A stretch of 64,000 nt of DNA from an uncultured Erythrobacter sp. (GCA_947499095.1 CANMMR010000006.1:186664-250663); one strand, 5' to 3'. Shown: positions 47,935 to 57,972, counted from the first letter of the stretch. Notes: a model not told the origin generated them from the letters alone. Numbers and translations are program-made.

Positions 47935-48904
47935 TACAGCGGTCGATCCCGATCTTGTAAGTAGCTTTGTCGAGGCGGTCGAACGCCTCGCGATCCCCAA
48001 ACGCGTCGGGCTGGCCGTTTCAGGCGGGCCGGACAGCATGGCGATGCTGCTGCTGGCCCACGCGGCGGGTTTCGATTGCCATGTTGCGACGGTGAACCAC
48101 GGCCTACGAGTGGAGGCTGCCGACGAATGTCGACTGGTCGAGAACTTGTGCGGAAAGCTCGACGTGGCCTGCACAACTATCGACATCATGCTGGCCAAGG
48201 GGAACGTGCAGCAGGAGGCTCGCCGGGCGCGCTATGCAGCGCTGGCGGAGTGGGCGATGCGGGAGGGGATCCGCACGATCCTGACCGCTCACCACGCGGA
48301 CGATCAGGCGGAAACCCTGCTCATGCGGCTCAATCGCGGCAGCGGGCTTCCCGGTCTCGCCGGGGTGCGGGAGCGGCGGACGATCGACAACACCGACATT
48401 GAGGTGACGCGCCCTCTGCTGGGCTTTCGGCGGAGCGAACTGCACGCGGTGATCGACGGTGCAGGTGTCGCGGTGGCCGACGACCCTAGCAACCGAGACG
48501 CCGCGTACGACAGAGTGCGAGTGCGGCAACACCTGGACCGGAGCGACTGGATCGATATCGCGGGCGTCGCGCGTTCAGCCAGTCTCATCGAAGAGAGCTG
48601 GTCGATGGTAGAGGGTCTCGCTGCCGAAGATGTTACCCTGCATGCCAAGCGCTATGGGGAGGCATTCACCTACGATCCCTTTGCAGCCTCGGGAGTCGAG
48701 CGCGTGCCGGTCTGGCTCGAGGTTGTTCGCAGGATAGCCGGCGACCTTGGCGTCACCCTTGTCCGGGGCGACGCCGCCAAGATCGTCGCTGCGCTAACGG
48801 ACAATCGGAAGGTCAACGTCGGTGGGCTCAGTGCCGAAGTCATCGAAGACCAAGGCGCGAAAATCTGGTCGTTCAGACGAGAACCGCCCCGCCGCACCAG
48901 CTAG
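47930..48904 (+). CDS. tilS: tRNA(Ile)-lysidine synthetase
   Basis: PP-loop LAVSGGPDSMA, TVNHGLR, TAHHADDQAET, RPLL, DDPSN...RVRVR. The only plausible upstream start is ATT 47930. Confidence 0.9.
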   Translation: MDTAVDPDLVSSFVEAVERLAIPKRVGLAVSGGPDSMAMLLLAHAAGFDCHVATVNHGLRVEAADECRLVENLCGKLDVACTTIDIMLAKGNVQQEARRARYAALAEWAMREGIRTILTAHHADDQAETLLMRLNRGSGLPGLAGVRERRTIDNTDIEVTRPLLGFRRSELHAVIDGAGVAVADDPSNRDAAYDRVRVRQHLDRSDWIDIAGVARSASLIEESWSMVEGLAAEDVTLHAKRYGEAFTYDPFAASGVERVPVWLEVVRRIAGDLGVTLVRGDAAKIVAALTDNRKVNVGGLSAEVIEDQGAKIWSFRREPPRRTS

Positions 48905-48910
48905 CGCACG

Positions 48911-49564
48911 TCAAACGATGCTGTCGCCGAGGTTGAGCTTCTCGCCGTCGGTAATCACGACCATGTCGCCTTCCTTGGCGATGGCGAACAGGCGCGAGGC
49001 GAGTTCGTCCGGCACGCCGACGCAGCCGTGGCTGGCATAGCCGTTCTGCACTTCGGAACCGCCATGGATGGCGATCCCGTCGGTGGTCAGGAACATGCTC
49101 CACGGCATGGGCGCATCGCCGTATTTCTCGGACACATTGTGCCGCTGCTTCCACAGGATCGGGAATTTGCCGGTCGGCGTCGGATGATTGTCGGTCCCCA
49201 GCATCACTGCCGCAGCGCCGATCTCGTAGCCGCCACGGAACACGGAGATCACGCGCGCCTGCAGGTCGACCGTCAACAGCAGCGGGCCTTCGGGCACGCC
49301 CTCGTCGTCCCAGTGCCATTCGCCATATTTGATCGGCCCGTCGATGGGCAGGATGCGGCGGACGGTATAGAGCCGGTCGTGATCGGCCAGCGCCTTGGCC
49401 GCAATTGCGCCCATCGGTTGGATAGAAGGTGCCGCGGCTTCAACGGGCTCGGGGGATGCGATCGCCTGATCCTGCGCGCCGACCGAGCCGCTAAAAAACA
49501 GTCCGACCAGCACGGCCACGACTAACAGCGAGGTGCCGCCAATCCATTTGAACGTCGCATCCAT
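48911..49564 (-). CDS. L,D-transpeptidase family protein
   Basis: AIHGG...YASHGCVG catalytic motif; PTPTGKF. Confidence 0.88.
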   Translation of the reverse strand: MDATFKWIGGTSLLVVAVLVGLFFSGSVGAQDQAIASPEPVEAAAPSIQPMGAIAAKALADHDRLYTVRRILPIDGPIKYGEWHWDDEGVPEGPLLLTVDLQARVISVFRGGYEIGAAAVMLGTDNHPTPTGKFPILWKQRHNVSEKYGDAPMPWSMFLTTDGIAIHGGSEVQNGYASHGCVGVPDELASRLFAIAKEGDMVVITDGEKLNLGDSIV

Positions 49565-49640
49565 GCGAGGAATATGCCCGTTCGGGCGCCGAATTTCCAG
49601 TGGCAAGGCCCGAAGCGTCTCGCTTCAGTACAGCGGCAGG

Positions 49641-50255
49641 TCAGGAGGTTAGCGCTGCCGCCTCGCGCGCGACGTGCTCTACTTCCGCTTCGTCGACCGG
49701 CCCGCGTGGGGCGACCCAGCTGCCGCCGACGCAGAGCACCGGATCGAAGGCAAGCCACTCGCGCGCATTGTCGAGGCTGACGCCGCCCGTCGGGCAGAAG
49801 CGGCATTGGCCGAACGGCGCGGCGAGCGCTTTCAGCGCCGGCAGGCCGCCTGCGGCCATGGCGGGGAAGAATTTGAAATGCGTGAGACCGAGGTCGAGCC
49901 CGCGCATGATGTCGCCCGCACTGGCGATGCCCGGAAGGAAGGGAATGCCTTCGCGGGTCGCGGCCTTGCCGAGCGGCTCTGTTAATCCGGGCGAGACGAT
50001 GAACTCGCTCCCCGCATCGATCGCGTCGGCCAGTTCCTGCTGGTTGGTCACCGTGCCGGCCCCCACGATGGCGCCATCCACGCCCTTCATCGCGCGGATC
50101 GCGTCGAGCGCCGCGGGCGTGCGCAGCGTGACTTCGAGCACGCGCAAACCGCCTGCAACCAGCGCGCGAGCGAGCGGCACGGCGTGGTCCACATCGTCGA
50201 CGACGATCACCGGAATGACCGGCGCGGTGTTCATGATATCGGCGATAGTGGTCAT
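49641..50255 (-). CDS. eda: KDPG aldolase
   Basis: LEVTLRT, GAGTV, VSPG, KFFPA, CPTGG. Confidence 0.95.
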   Translation of the reverse strand: MTTIADIMNTAPVIPVIVVDDVDHAVPLARALVAGGLRVLEVTLRTPAALDAIRAMKGVDGAIVGAGTVTNQQELADAIDAGSEFIVSPGLTEPLGKAATREGIPFLPGIASAGDIMRGLDLGLTHFKFFPAMAAGGLPALKALAAPFGQCRFCPTGGVSLDNAREWLAFDPVLCVGGSWVAPRGPVDEAEVEHVAREAAALTS

Positions 50256-51223
50256 GCGTATTCCCTTGCGAAAGCAGCGGCCGCTCCGAACAATCCCGGC
50301 TGAGGATGGGTAATGAGCTTGACGGGAATGGACGCCATCAGCTCCTGAAAGCGGCCCTTGGCCTTGAAGCGCTCGGCAAAGCCCGATTTCAGCAGCGTGT
50401 CGCGGATGCGGTAGCCAAGCCCGCCAGCGATCACGACACCCCCGAAACCGCCCTGCGCCAGCGCGATATCGCCGGCGACGCTGCCGAGCGAGAGGCAGAA
50501 GCGGTCCAAGGCGGCGGCGGCGAGGCTGTCGCTGCCGTCCTGCCCGCGCGTCCAGATCGCCACGTCGTCCTCGTCGGTGACCGGCTTCCCCTCCATCGCG
50601 GCAAGCGTCTGGTAGATGTCCGAGATGGCAGGGCCGGACACGACCCGCTCCACCGACACGCGCGTATGGCGCTTACGCAAGCGGGCAAGGATTGCGTCCT
50701 CGATGCTGTCCAGTGGGGCGAAATCGATATGGCCACCCTCGGTCGCGGAGACTCGATAGGTGCCATCCGGCTCGCGATAGAGATGGGCGACGCCTAGGCC
50801 GGTGCCGGGGCCGAGCACGCTGAGGCGACCGGTCGGCGCAAGCGGCTTGTCCGGGCCGGTGAGGTGGATGAACTGGTCTTCCTCCACCCGTGCCACGGCA
50901 TGCGCGACCGCCTCGAAATCGTTGACGATGCAATATTGCTCGACGCCGAGTTTCTCCTGCACCAGCGCCGGGCGGATGATCCAGGGATTGTTGGTGAAGC
51001 GGATCACATCGCCGCCGACCGGCCCGGCAATCGCCATCGACACGCGCGGCGGCAGCGATCCGCCCTTTCGGTCGCGGAAATCCTCCCACGCGGTCTGGAA
51101 ACTGGCGTGATCCTCAGTGTGGATCGTCTCGGGGTCGTCCAGTGTGATCGTGCCGTCATCGGCGACGGTTGCGATGACGAAGCGGGCGTGGGTGCCGCCG
51201 ATATCGACGCTTACGAGCTCCAT
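50252..51223 (-). CDS. glk: Glucokinase
   Basis: DIGGTHARF, VNDFEA, GPGTGLG, EGGH, ERVVSGP. Confidence 0.94.
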   Translation of the reverse strand: MELVSVDIGGTHARFVIATVADDGTITLDDPETIHTEDHASFQTAWEDFRDRKGGSLPPRVSMAIAGPVGGDVIRFTNNPWIIRPALVQEKLGVEQYCIVNDFEAVAHAVARVEEDQFIHLTGPDKPLAPTGRLSVLGPGTGLGVAHLYREPDGTYRVSATEGGHIDFAPLDSIEDAILARLRKRHTRVSVERVVSGPAISDIYQTLAAMEGKPVTDEDDVAIWTRGQDGSDSLAAAALDRFCLSLGSVAGDIALAQGGFGGVVIAGGLGYRIRDTLLKSGFAERFKAKGRFQELMASIPVKLITHPQPGLFGAAAAFAREYA

Positions 51224-51224
51224 C

Positions 51225-53036
51225 TCACAATCCTGCCATGGCCAGCATCGAGGAGGCGCCCTGTTCTGCACCGTCGGCATTGGCGCGGAACATGGCGAAG
51301 TACTCGCGGCCCATGCCGGTGTCGGGCGCGGGCGCATCGGCGGGTTCGCGCGCGTCGAGATCGGCGGTGGTCGACAGCTCTCCGGTCGCCGCGCAGACCT
51401 TCACCATGTCGCCATCGCGCAGCTTCGACAGCGGCCCTCCGCCGAGCGCTTCGGGGGTGCAATGGATAGCTGCGGGGACCTTGCCAGACGCTCCCGACAT
51501 ACGGCCGTCCGTGACAAGCGCGACGCGATAGCCGCGATCCTGCAACACGCCGAGCGCGGGGGTCAGTTTGTGAAGTTCGGGCATACCGTTGGCGCGCGGG
51601 CCCTGGAACCGGACGACGACGACCACGTCCTTGTCGAGCTCGCCCTTGGAGAAGGCTTCGTTGACGGAGCGCTGATCTTGGAACACGCGGCACGGCGCTT
51701 CGACCGTCCAGCGCTCGCGCTCGACCGCGGAAGACTTGAAACAGGCACGGCCGAGATTGCCCTCGACCAGCCGCATGCCACCGTCCGCCTGGAATGGATC
51801 GGAGGCGGGGCGCAGCATCTCCGTGTCGCCAGATGGTCCGGGATCGCGCCACGTGAGTGCGTCATCTTCGAAACCGGGTTCGCGCGAATAACTCTCGAAG
51901 CCGCCATCCCAAACGGTAAGGATGTCCGCATGCGCAAGTCCCTCGTCTAGTAAGGTGCCGATGACGTAGCCCATGCCGCCGGCCTCGTGGAAATGGTTCA
52001 CATCGCCCGAACCGTTGGGATAGACCCGCGCCACCAGCGGTACGGCTCGCGACAGTTCCGCGAGATCGGTCCAGTCGAACTTTATGCCCGCCGCCCGCGC
52101 CATCGCGGGAATGTGGATCGCGTGGTTGGTGGAGCCACCGGTCGCCAGCAGGCCGATAGCCGCATTGACGATCGCCTTCTCGTCCACCACGCGGGACAGC
52201 GGGCGGAAGTCGTCACCCTTCTGATGAATGGCGGCGAGGCGATGGGTCGCCGCACGGCTCAATTCCTGCCGCAGTTTCGCACCCGGCTGCACGAAAGCCG
52301 CGCCGGGGACGTGGAGTCCCATCATCTCCATCATCATCTGGTTGGAATTGGCCGTACCGTAGAAGGTGCAGGTGCCGGGCGAATGATAGCTGCCCATTTC
52401 GCTTGCAAGCAGTTCGTCGCGGCCAACCTTGCCCTCGGCATAAAGTTGGCGGGTCTTCTGCTTCTCCTTGTTGGAGATACCAGTGCCCATCGGGCCGGAG
52501 GGCACGAAGATCGCAGGCAAATGGCCGAAGCGCAAGGCGCCCATAAGCAGGCCGGGGACGATCTTGTCGCAAATGCCGAGCAGCGCGACGCCGTCGTACA
52601 TGGCATGGCTCAGTGCGACGACAGTGCTCAGCGCGATCGTGTCGCGGCTGAAGAGCGACAGCTCCATGCCCGCCTCGCCCTGTGTTACGCCGTCGCACAT
52701 GGCAGGGGTCCCGCCGGCGACCTGTACCGTCGCGCCGACCTCCCGCGCCCAGATCTTCATCCGTTCGGGATAGCGATAATAGGGCTGATGCGCCGACAGC
52801 ATATCGTTATAGGCGGTGACGACACCGAGGTTCGGCCCACGCGCGGCCTTGATGGCTTCCTGGTCCTCCTCCGCCCCGGCAAAGGCGTGGGCGAGGTTCG
52901 AACAGGACAGCGAATGGCGATCGACCTGCCGGTCGCCCTCGCGCTCCATCAGGTCAAGATAGTCGCCCCGGCTCTTGCGCGAGTTTTCGATCACGCGCTG
53001 CGTAACGCGGTGGACAGTGTCGTTAAGCCTAGTCAT
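51225..53036 (-). CDS. edd: Phosphogluconate dehydratase
   Basis: YNDMLSAHQP, CDGVTQG, CDKIVPG, NGMPELHKL, DGRMSGASG. Confidence 0.96.
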   Translation of the reverse strand: MTRLNDTVHRVTQRVIENSRKSRGDYLDLMEREGDRQVDRHSLSCSNLAHAFAGAEEDQEAIKAARGPNLGVVTAYNDMLSAHQPYYRYPERMKIWAREVGATVQVAGGTPAMCDGVTQGEAGMELSLFSRDTIALSTVVALSHAMYDGVALLGICDKIVPGLLMGALRFGHLPAIFVPSGPMGTGISNKEKQKTRQLYAEGKVGRDELLASEMGSYHSPGTCTFYGTANSNQMMMEMMGLHVPGAAFVQPGAKLRQELSRAATHRLAAIHQKGDDFRPLSRVVDEKAIVNAAIGLLATGGSTNHAIHIPAMARAAGIKFDWTDLAELSRAVPLVARVYPNGSGDVNHFHEAGGMGYVIGTLLDEGLAHADILTVWDGGFESYSREPGFEDDALTWRDPGPSGDTEMLRPASDPFQADGGMRLVEGNLGRACFKSSAVERERWTVEAPCRVFQDQRSVNEAFSKGELDKDVVVVVRFQGPRANGMPELHKLTPALGVLQDRGYRVALVTDGRMSGASGKVPAAIHCTPEALGGGPLSKLRDGDMVKVCAATGELSTTADLDAREPADAPAPDTGMGREYFAMFRANADGAEQGASSMLAMAGL

Positions 53037-54468
53037 CGTGCCAGGTTACCCCGTCGCGTTCGGCGAGCGCGATGGCGGCGCTCGGCCCCCATGTGCCCGC
53101 GGCATAGGCCTTCGGCTCGGTATCGTTTTCCGCCCACAATGCGCGGATATGGTCGATGAACTCCCACTGCGCCTCCACCTCGTCACGCCGGACGAACAGC
53201 GTCTGGTCGCCCTGGACGAGATCGAGCAGCAGGCGTTCATAGGCGATACGACGAACCACATCGGAAAAGGCATCGGGCATGGCTATGTCGAGCGGTACCG
53301 GGCGCAGGCGCAGCCCATCTGTGCCGAGGCCCGGCACCTTGGCCATCATGGTAAGCTGGACGTTTTCTTCCGGCTGGATTTCGATCACCAAGCGGTTGGG
53401 CTCGGTTTTCGCGCCCCGCCCTTCGAAGATCGAGTGCGGGATGCACTTGAACTGCACGACGATTTCCGTGACGCGCTTGGGCATACGCTTGCCGTGACGA
53501 AGGTAGAACGGCACGCCGCGCCAGCGCCAGTTGTCAACATGGGCCTTGAGCGCGACATAGGTTTCGGTGTCGCTGTCCTTGCCCAGTTCCTCGTCGTAGC
53601 CGGGCACGCCTTGGCTATCGACAGCTCCCGCGCGGTACTGGCCGGTGACGACCTCTTCCGACTTCACCGGGCGCAGCGCACGCAGCACCTTGACCTTCTC
53701 GTCGCGCACGGCGGTTGCGTCGAAGCTGGTCGGCGGCTCCATCGCTACCAGCGCCAGCAGTTGCAGCATGTGGTTCTGTACCATGTCTCGCAGGGCACCG
53801 CTGTCGTCGTAATAGGCGACGCGGGATTCCAGCCCGACCGTCTCGGCCACGGTGATCTGCACATGATCGACGTAATTCGAATTCCACACCGGCTCGAGCA
53901 GGATATTGGCAAAGCGCAGCGCCAGCAGGTTCTGCACCGTCTCCTTGCCGAGATAGTGGTCGATGCGGAAAATGCGGTCTTCGCTGAAGGCCTTGGCCAC
54001 CGCATCGTTGATCTCGCAGCTGGAGCCGAGATCGGTGCCGAGCGGCTTTTCCAGCGCGATCCGGGCACGGCCCTTCGTCAGTCCGACGCGTTCCAGGTTG
54101 GAAATGGTTGGCTCGAACAGGCTCGGCGCGGTCGAGAGAAAGATGGCCAGCCCGTCGTATTCGCCGACCTCCTTCGCCAGTTCGTCATAACCTTCGGGCG
54201 TCGTCGCATCGACTGGAACGTAAGTCAGCCGGTTGAGGAAATCCGCCATCGGACCGCGGCGATTGGTCGGTAGGTATTTCTCGAGAGCCTCGCGCGCGAA
54301 CTGGCGGAATTCGCGAGTCGACATTTCCGATCGGGCCGTCGCGACTATGCGAAGGTCAGGATTGAGCAAATGATCGGCGTGAAGCGCGCAGAGCGAGGGC
54401 AGGAGCATACGCTGGGACAAATCGCCCGTCGCGCCGAACAGAAGCAGGCGATCGGCCGTAAAGTTCAT
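53029..54468 (-). CDS. zwf: Glucose-6-phosphate dehydrogenase
   Basis: FGATGDL, EKPLG, RIDHYLGKE, DMVQNH. Confidence 0.96.
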   Translation of the reverse strand: MNFTADRLLLFGATGDLSQRMLLPSLCALHADHLLNPDLRIVATARSEMSTREFRQFAREALEKYLPTNRRGPMADFLNRLTYVPVDATTPEGYDELAKEVGEYDGLAIFLSTAPSLFEPTISNLERVGLTKGRARIALEKPLGTDLGSSCEINDAVAKAFSEDRIFRIDHYLGKETVQNLLALRFANILLEPVWNSNYVDHVQITVAETVGLESRVAYYDDSGALRDMVQNHMLQLLALVAMEPPTSFDATAVRDEKVKVLRALRPVKSEEVVTGQYRAGAVDSQGVPGYDEELGKDSDTETYVALKAHVDNWRWRGVPFYLRHGKRMPKRVTEIVVQFKCIPHSIFEGRGAKTEPNRLVIEIQPEENVQLTMMAKVPGLGTDGLRLRPVPLDIAMPDAFSDVVRRIAYERLLLDLVQGDQTLFVRRDEVEAQWEFIDHIRALWAENDTEPKAYAAGTWGPSAAIALAERDGVTWHDD

Positions 54469-54565
54469 TCGGTAGATCCTGCCATCATCGTCGTTTCCCT
54501 CCTCGGCCTGTCGCTACCAGCGCCGCGCACGGCGTGCCAGTGGGCTGCATTCCTATTCTTTGGCC

Positions 54566-55363
54566 TTAATCTTCGCGAACATCCACGCTGCTGGATTTGA
54601 AGTCGCTGGCCCCGAAGGTGGTCATGAAGCTGACGTCAGCCGCATCCCGACCGACGCCGATTTTAACGGTCTCGGCCGGATCGGCCATGCCGGTCGCATC
54701 GACGATCTGCCATGTGCCGCCACCTTCGATTTCCGGGTCGGCGAGGAAAACCTCTGCGACAGCGTGAAAATCGGGGGGCGTGACGCCCGGCGCGTAACAT
54801 GACACGTAACGCGCTGGGATGGCGCAGGCGCGAGCCATGGTGACGAGCACATGCGCATAATCACGGCACACACCTTGGCGCGAAACGAATGTCTCGACCG
54901 CGCCGGTGTCCGGACCGGATGCTCCGGGCGTGTAGCTGAAATTCTCGTGTATCCAGTCCCGCATCGCCGCGATCTGCGCGCCGCCCTGCAAATGCCCGAA
55001 TTCCGATTGCGAGAAGGGCTGGAACCGATCCGCCGGGCAATAGCGGCTGTCCAGCAAGTAGTGGATCGCCTCTCCAGGCAACTGATGCGGGGGAAGCGCC
55101 TGCAAGCTCGCGAGGTCGGCAAGCTGTCGCTTGATCTCGATTCTGGCCCGATACTCGACGTCGCAATGTCCGTCCGCGCTCAACCAGATGCGCTCACCGA
55201 TATCGTCATCTGCGGGAACGCGAGTGAAGTCCTGCCCCGGCGGCAGATGTGTCTCGCATGAGAGGATGGTCTGCTCGGGCAGGGCGGCGGCTTCGAATTG
55301 CAGCAGGACATCGGTCGGACCGTCGACGCTGAAGGCGAAGCGCGTATGGATGGATATGGGCAT
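54566..55363 (-). CDS. Transglutaminase-like domain protein
   Basis: YLLDSRYC, GVCRDYAH (Cys), DFHAVAE (His), VDAT (Asp). Confidence 0.88.
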   Translation of the reverse strand: MPISIHTRFAFSVDGPTDVLLQFEAAALPEQTILSCETHLPPGQDFTRVPADDDIGERIWLSADGHCDVEYRARIEIKRQLADLASLQALPPHQLPGEAIHYLLDSRYCPADRFQPFSQSEFGHLQGGAQIAAMRDWIHENFSYTPGASGPDTGAVETFVSRQGVCRDYAHVLVTMARACAIPARYVSCYAPGVTPPDFHAVAEVFLADPEIEGGGTWQIVDATGMADPAETVKIGVGRDAADVSFMTTFGASDFKSSSVDVRED

Positions 55364-55436
55364 ATGACGGGACAACGCCGTCGGCCCTCGATCGTTTCGG
55401 CAATCGGAACCATTTCCAGAAAACCATGCGCCCATG

Positions 55437-55462
55437 AAAAAAGGGCCCCGTTAGGGACCCTT
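55437..55462 (-). terminator. Rho-independent terminator after the micro-ORF
   Basis: Minus strand AAGGGTCCC-TAAC-GGGGCCCTT followed by a U-run. Confidence 0.8.
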
Positions 55463-55487
55463 AATTCGTTTGGTTTCGCCACGGCGA

Positions 55488-55523
55488 TCAGCCGGTGAAG
55501 AACCATTTCCAAATATTCCACAT
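55488..55523 (-). CDS. Putative 11-aa Trp/Phe-rich peptide MWNIWKWFFTG
   Basis: AGGAGG 7 nt upstream of ATG 55523 (second in-frame ATG at 55529), TGA at 55488, terminator about 25 nt downstream. Confidence 0.6.
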   Translation of the reverse strand: MWNIWKWFFTG

Positions 55524-55582
55524 GGCCATACCTCCTGTTGGTAGAGGTATTACCTGCCATTAACCATAGATGTTTGTAAAGT

Positions 55583-57946
55583 CTAAACCATGTTTGCGGT
55601 GCGGCCTTCCACGTGTTTTGCGTGGTATTCCAATAACTTGGCCAAAGAAATCGGCCTGCTGAAAACGAAGCCCTGAAGCTCGTCGCAGCCCATTTCGTTA
55701 AGAATCTCGGCTTCTTTCATCGTCTCCACGCCCTCGGCGACGACCGTGATTCGCGCCTGATGGCCCATCTCGACGATGCTGGACACGATTGCGCGCGCCT
55801 TGGGGTTTTCGACGATCTTCGATACGAATAACCGGTCGATCTTCAATTCGTTGAACGGCAGTCCGAAAAAGGTTTCGAAATTAGCCGCACCGACCCCGAA
55901 ATCGTCGATCGAAAGACCAACGCCCAACTTGACCAATTCCTCCAGGATCGTCGCCGCCGCTTCCATATCTGCGATCCGCGCCGTCTCGGTAATCTCGAGT
56001 GTCAGATAGCCCGGGTCGAAACGGGTCGCCTGCAGCGCGTTGCGGACGAGGCCGACGATGCGCATGTCCCTGAGCAGGGTCGCAGATATATTGACGGAGA
56101 CCTTGAGCGGGGAATTGCGGAAATGCAGCAACTGCCCGGCGGAACACGCGCTTTGCAGGACATATCGCGTGAGGTGCTCCATGCGACCTGCCTTCTCGCA
56201 TTGCGCGACGAAATGCGTCGGTTCGATGAAGCCCTTGGCCGGGTCGTGCCAGCGTATCAGGGCTTCTACCCCGACGATGGCGCCGGATCCGCTGTCTATC
56301 TTGGGCTGATAGACGCAGTAAATCTCCCCTGCATCCATTGCTTCGTCGATCCGAGCACGGAGTGAAATGTCCCACAACAGGTCGGCATTCTCGCCGCTTT
56401 CCGCCAACTTGATGGGATCATGGGCTTCCGTGGTGTCCTCCGCAGCTGCAATGGCTGCCGGGACGCGGCCCACGGGCTCGTTGTCGATCGCGGCAACGCC
56501 GAAGGTAATGCCAACGTCGATCGATACCTCGCCGACATGAACCGGTGCCGCGAAAATTGCGCGCAAGCCAGCAAGGTGCTCCGTCTGAGCGGAGCTATCT
56601 TCGATCGGTGAGTGCCACGCGACGTAGTGGCCTTCGGTAAAGACGGCCAGATCGGGATCGGCCGCGCGCAAACGGTCGATTAGCTTCAAGAGGTAGGTAG
56701 TGCGATCTTCCGAGGCGAGGCTTTTGAGAATCCGCTCGTAATTGTGCACTTTGGCAACCACCACGTGCCCGGTTGTCACTTTGTCACGGATGAGGCGGCT
56801 GTCGAGTGCCTTCAGCGTGGGCAGCCCGGTTTCCTGATTGGTCAGGGCGAGGCGACGTTTGAGGCGCGTTCGGGACCGGAATACCGCGTAGACGGCGAAA
56901 AGTGCTAAAACGTAAGATACCTCGAGGCGTACTCCGACCCGGGCGGATGCTATCAGCATGGCGGGCACGAGCAGTACAAGTGCAGCATAGCCGAGCCAGC
57001 GGGCTTTACGCCGGAATCCGAGCATGATCATCGCTGCCAGCAAAGCGGCAAAGATTGCTAGAGTGGCAATCGCACCCAGATGACCAAGCCGCCCGCTTTT
57101 GAGCGTTTCACCACCATAGATAGAAATATAGCTCGGAGGCGCGTTCGTACTGTTCGGCACGATGAGGTTGGAGCCAGAGCTATTCCTGTCGTGTCCGATG
57201 ACGACGGTGTTGCCAGCGAAATCGATGCTGGACGGTTCATCGGAATCGTCAAGAAGCTCGGCAAGCGACGTTGTTGCTATCTGCTGGCCTGAGAAGCCGT
57301 AGTCAATTTGGAACTTCCCTTGCGTCGCCCCGCTGGTTTCTCCGCCCAACGATGCGGCGAGCGAAGGGACACGTCGACCGTCGACGATAAATCCGTATTG
57401 TGCGGTCCATGCGATGCCGAGGTAATTCGTGTCCCGCCGATCGGCGACTACGCGGGATGACGTCGGCCCGAGACCGGAGAAGCTTCGACGCAACTGCTGG
57501 CTGCCGTCCATATCCCCGACGAGCTGATCGACCAATGCAATGCGCGGCCCCAGAGCGTTTATTGCTTCGCGTAACGAGGCGTCATGCGGCGCGGCTGAAG
57601 GCTTGTCGAACACAACATCGAGATAGACTTTGCCGACACCGCGGCGGTCCAATTCCTCCAAGGCCTTGGCAAGCTGAAGGCGCCGATGACCCGAGTCCGG
57701 ATCATCGAGAATTTGGTCGCTCCCGACAAAGACGATGTCGCCGGAGGCCTTGTGACCCGCAATCTTGGATTGGAACAGCCACAGGAACTGATCGATGGGT
57801 TCGAAAAGGAAAACGGCGAACAGAGGGATTACGAGAAGAACCGAAAAAACCAGGTGCCGCAAGCGTTCGCCCACGCGCCGGGCGCCCCTTGGCCGCAATC
57901 GCGCCGGGAGAAGCCGTTTTCCTGGAAAGGCGCTTTCGGTACCCAT
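55583..57946 (-). CDS. CHASE2 + degenerate GGDEF + EAL c-di-GMP phosphodiesterase
   Basis: CHASE2-like DIVFVG..D..L / GVGKVYLDVVFD, 3-4 TMs, TGLPTL with no GGDEF motif, intact EALIRW, SVN, EITE, DDFG, KIDRLF, AEGVE, QGF. Confidence 0.85.
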   Translation of the reverse strand: MGTESAFPGKRLLPARLRPRGARRVGERLRHLVFSVLLVIPLFAVFLFEPIDQFLWLFQSKIAGHKASGDIVFVGSDQILDDPDSGHRRLQLAKALEELDRRGVGKVYLDVVFDKPSAAPHDASLREAINALGPRIALVDQLVGDMDGSQQLRRSFSGLGPTSSRVVADRRDTNYLGIAWTAQYGFIVDGRRVPSLAASLGGETSGATQGKFQIDYGFSGQQIATTSLAELLDDSDEPSSIDFAGNTVVIGHDRNSSGSNLIVPNSTNAPPSYISIYGGETLKSGRLGHLGAIATLAIFAALLAAMIMLGFRRKARWLGYAALVLLVPAMLIASARVGVRLEVSYVLALFAVYAVFRSRTRLKRRLALTNQETGLPTLKALDSRLIRDKVTTGHVVVAKVHNYERILKSLASEDRTTYLLKLIDRLRAADPDLAVFTEGHYVAWHSPIEDSSAQTEHLAGLRAIFAAPVHVGEVSIDVGITFGVAAIDNEPVGRVPAAIAAAEDTTEAHDPIKLAESGENADLLWDISLRARIDEAMDAGEIYCVYQPKIDSGSGAIVGVEALIRWHDPAKGFIEPTHFVAQCEKAGRMEHLTRYVLQSACSAGQLLHFRNSPLKVSVNISATLLRDMRIVGLVRNALQATRFDPGYLTLEITETARIADMEAAATILEELVKLGVGLSIDDFGVGAANFETFFGLPFNELKIDRLFVSKIVENPKARAIVSSIVEMGHQARITVVAEGVETMKEAEILNEMGCDELQGFVFSRPISLAKLLEYHAKHVEGRTANMV

Positions 57947-57972
57947 CGAATGCGCTTATGGGCGTCTTAAGT

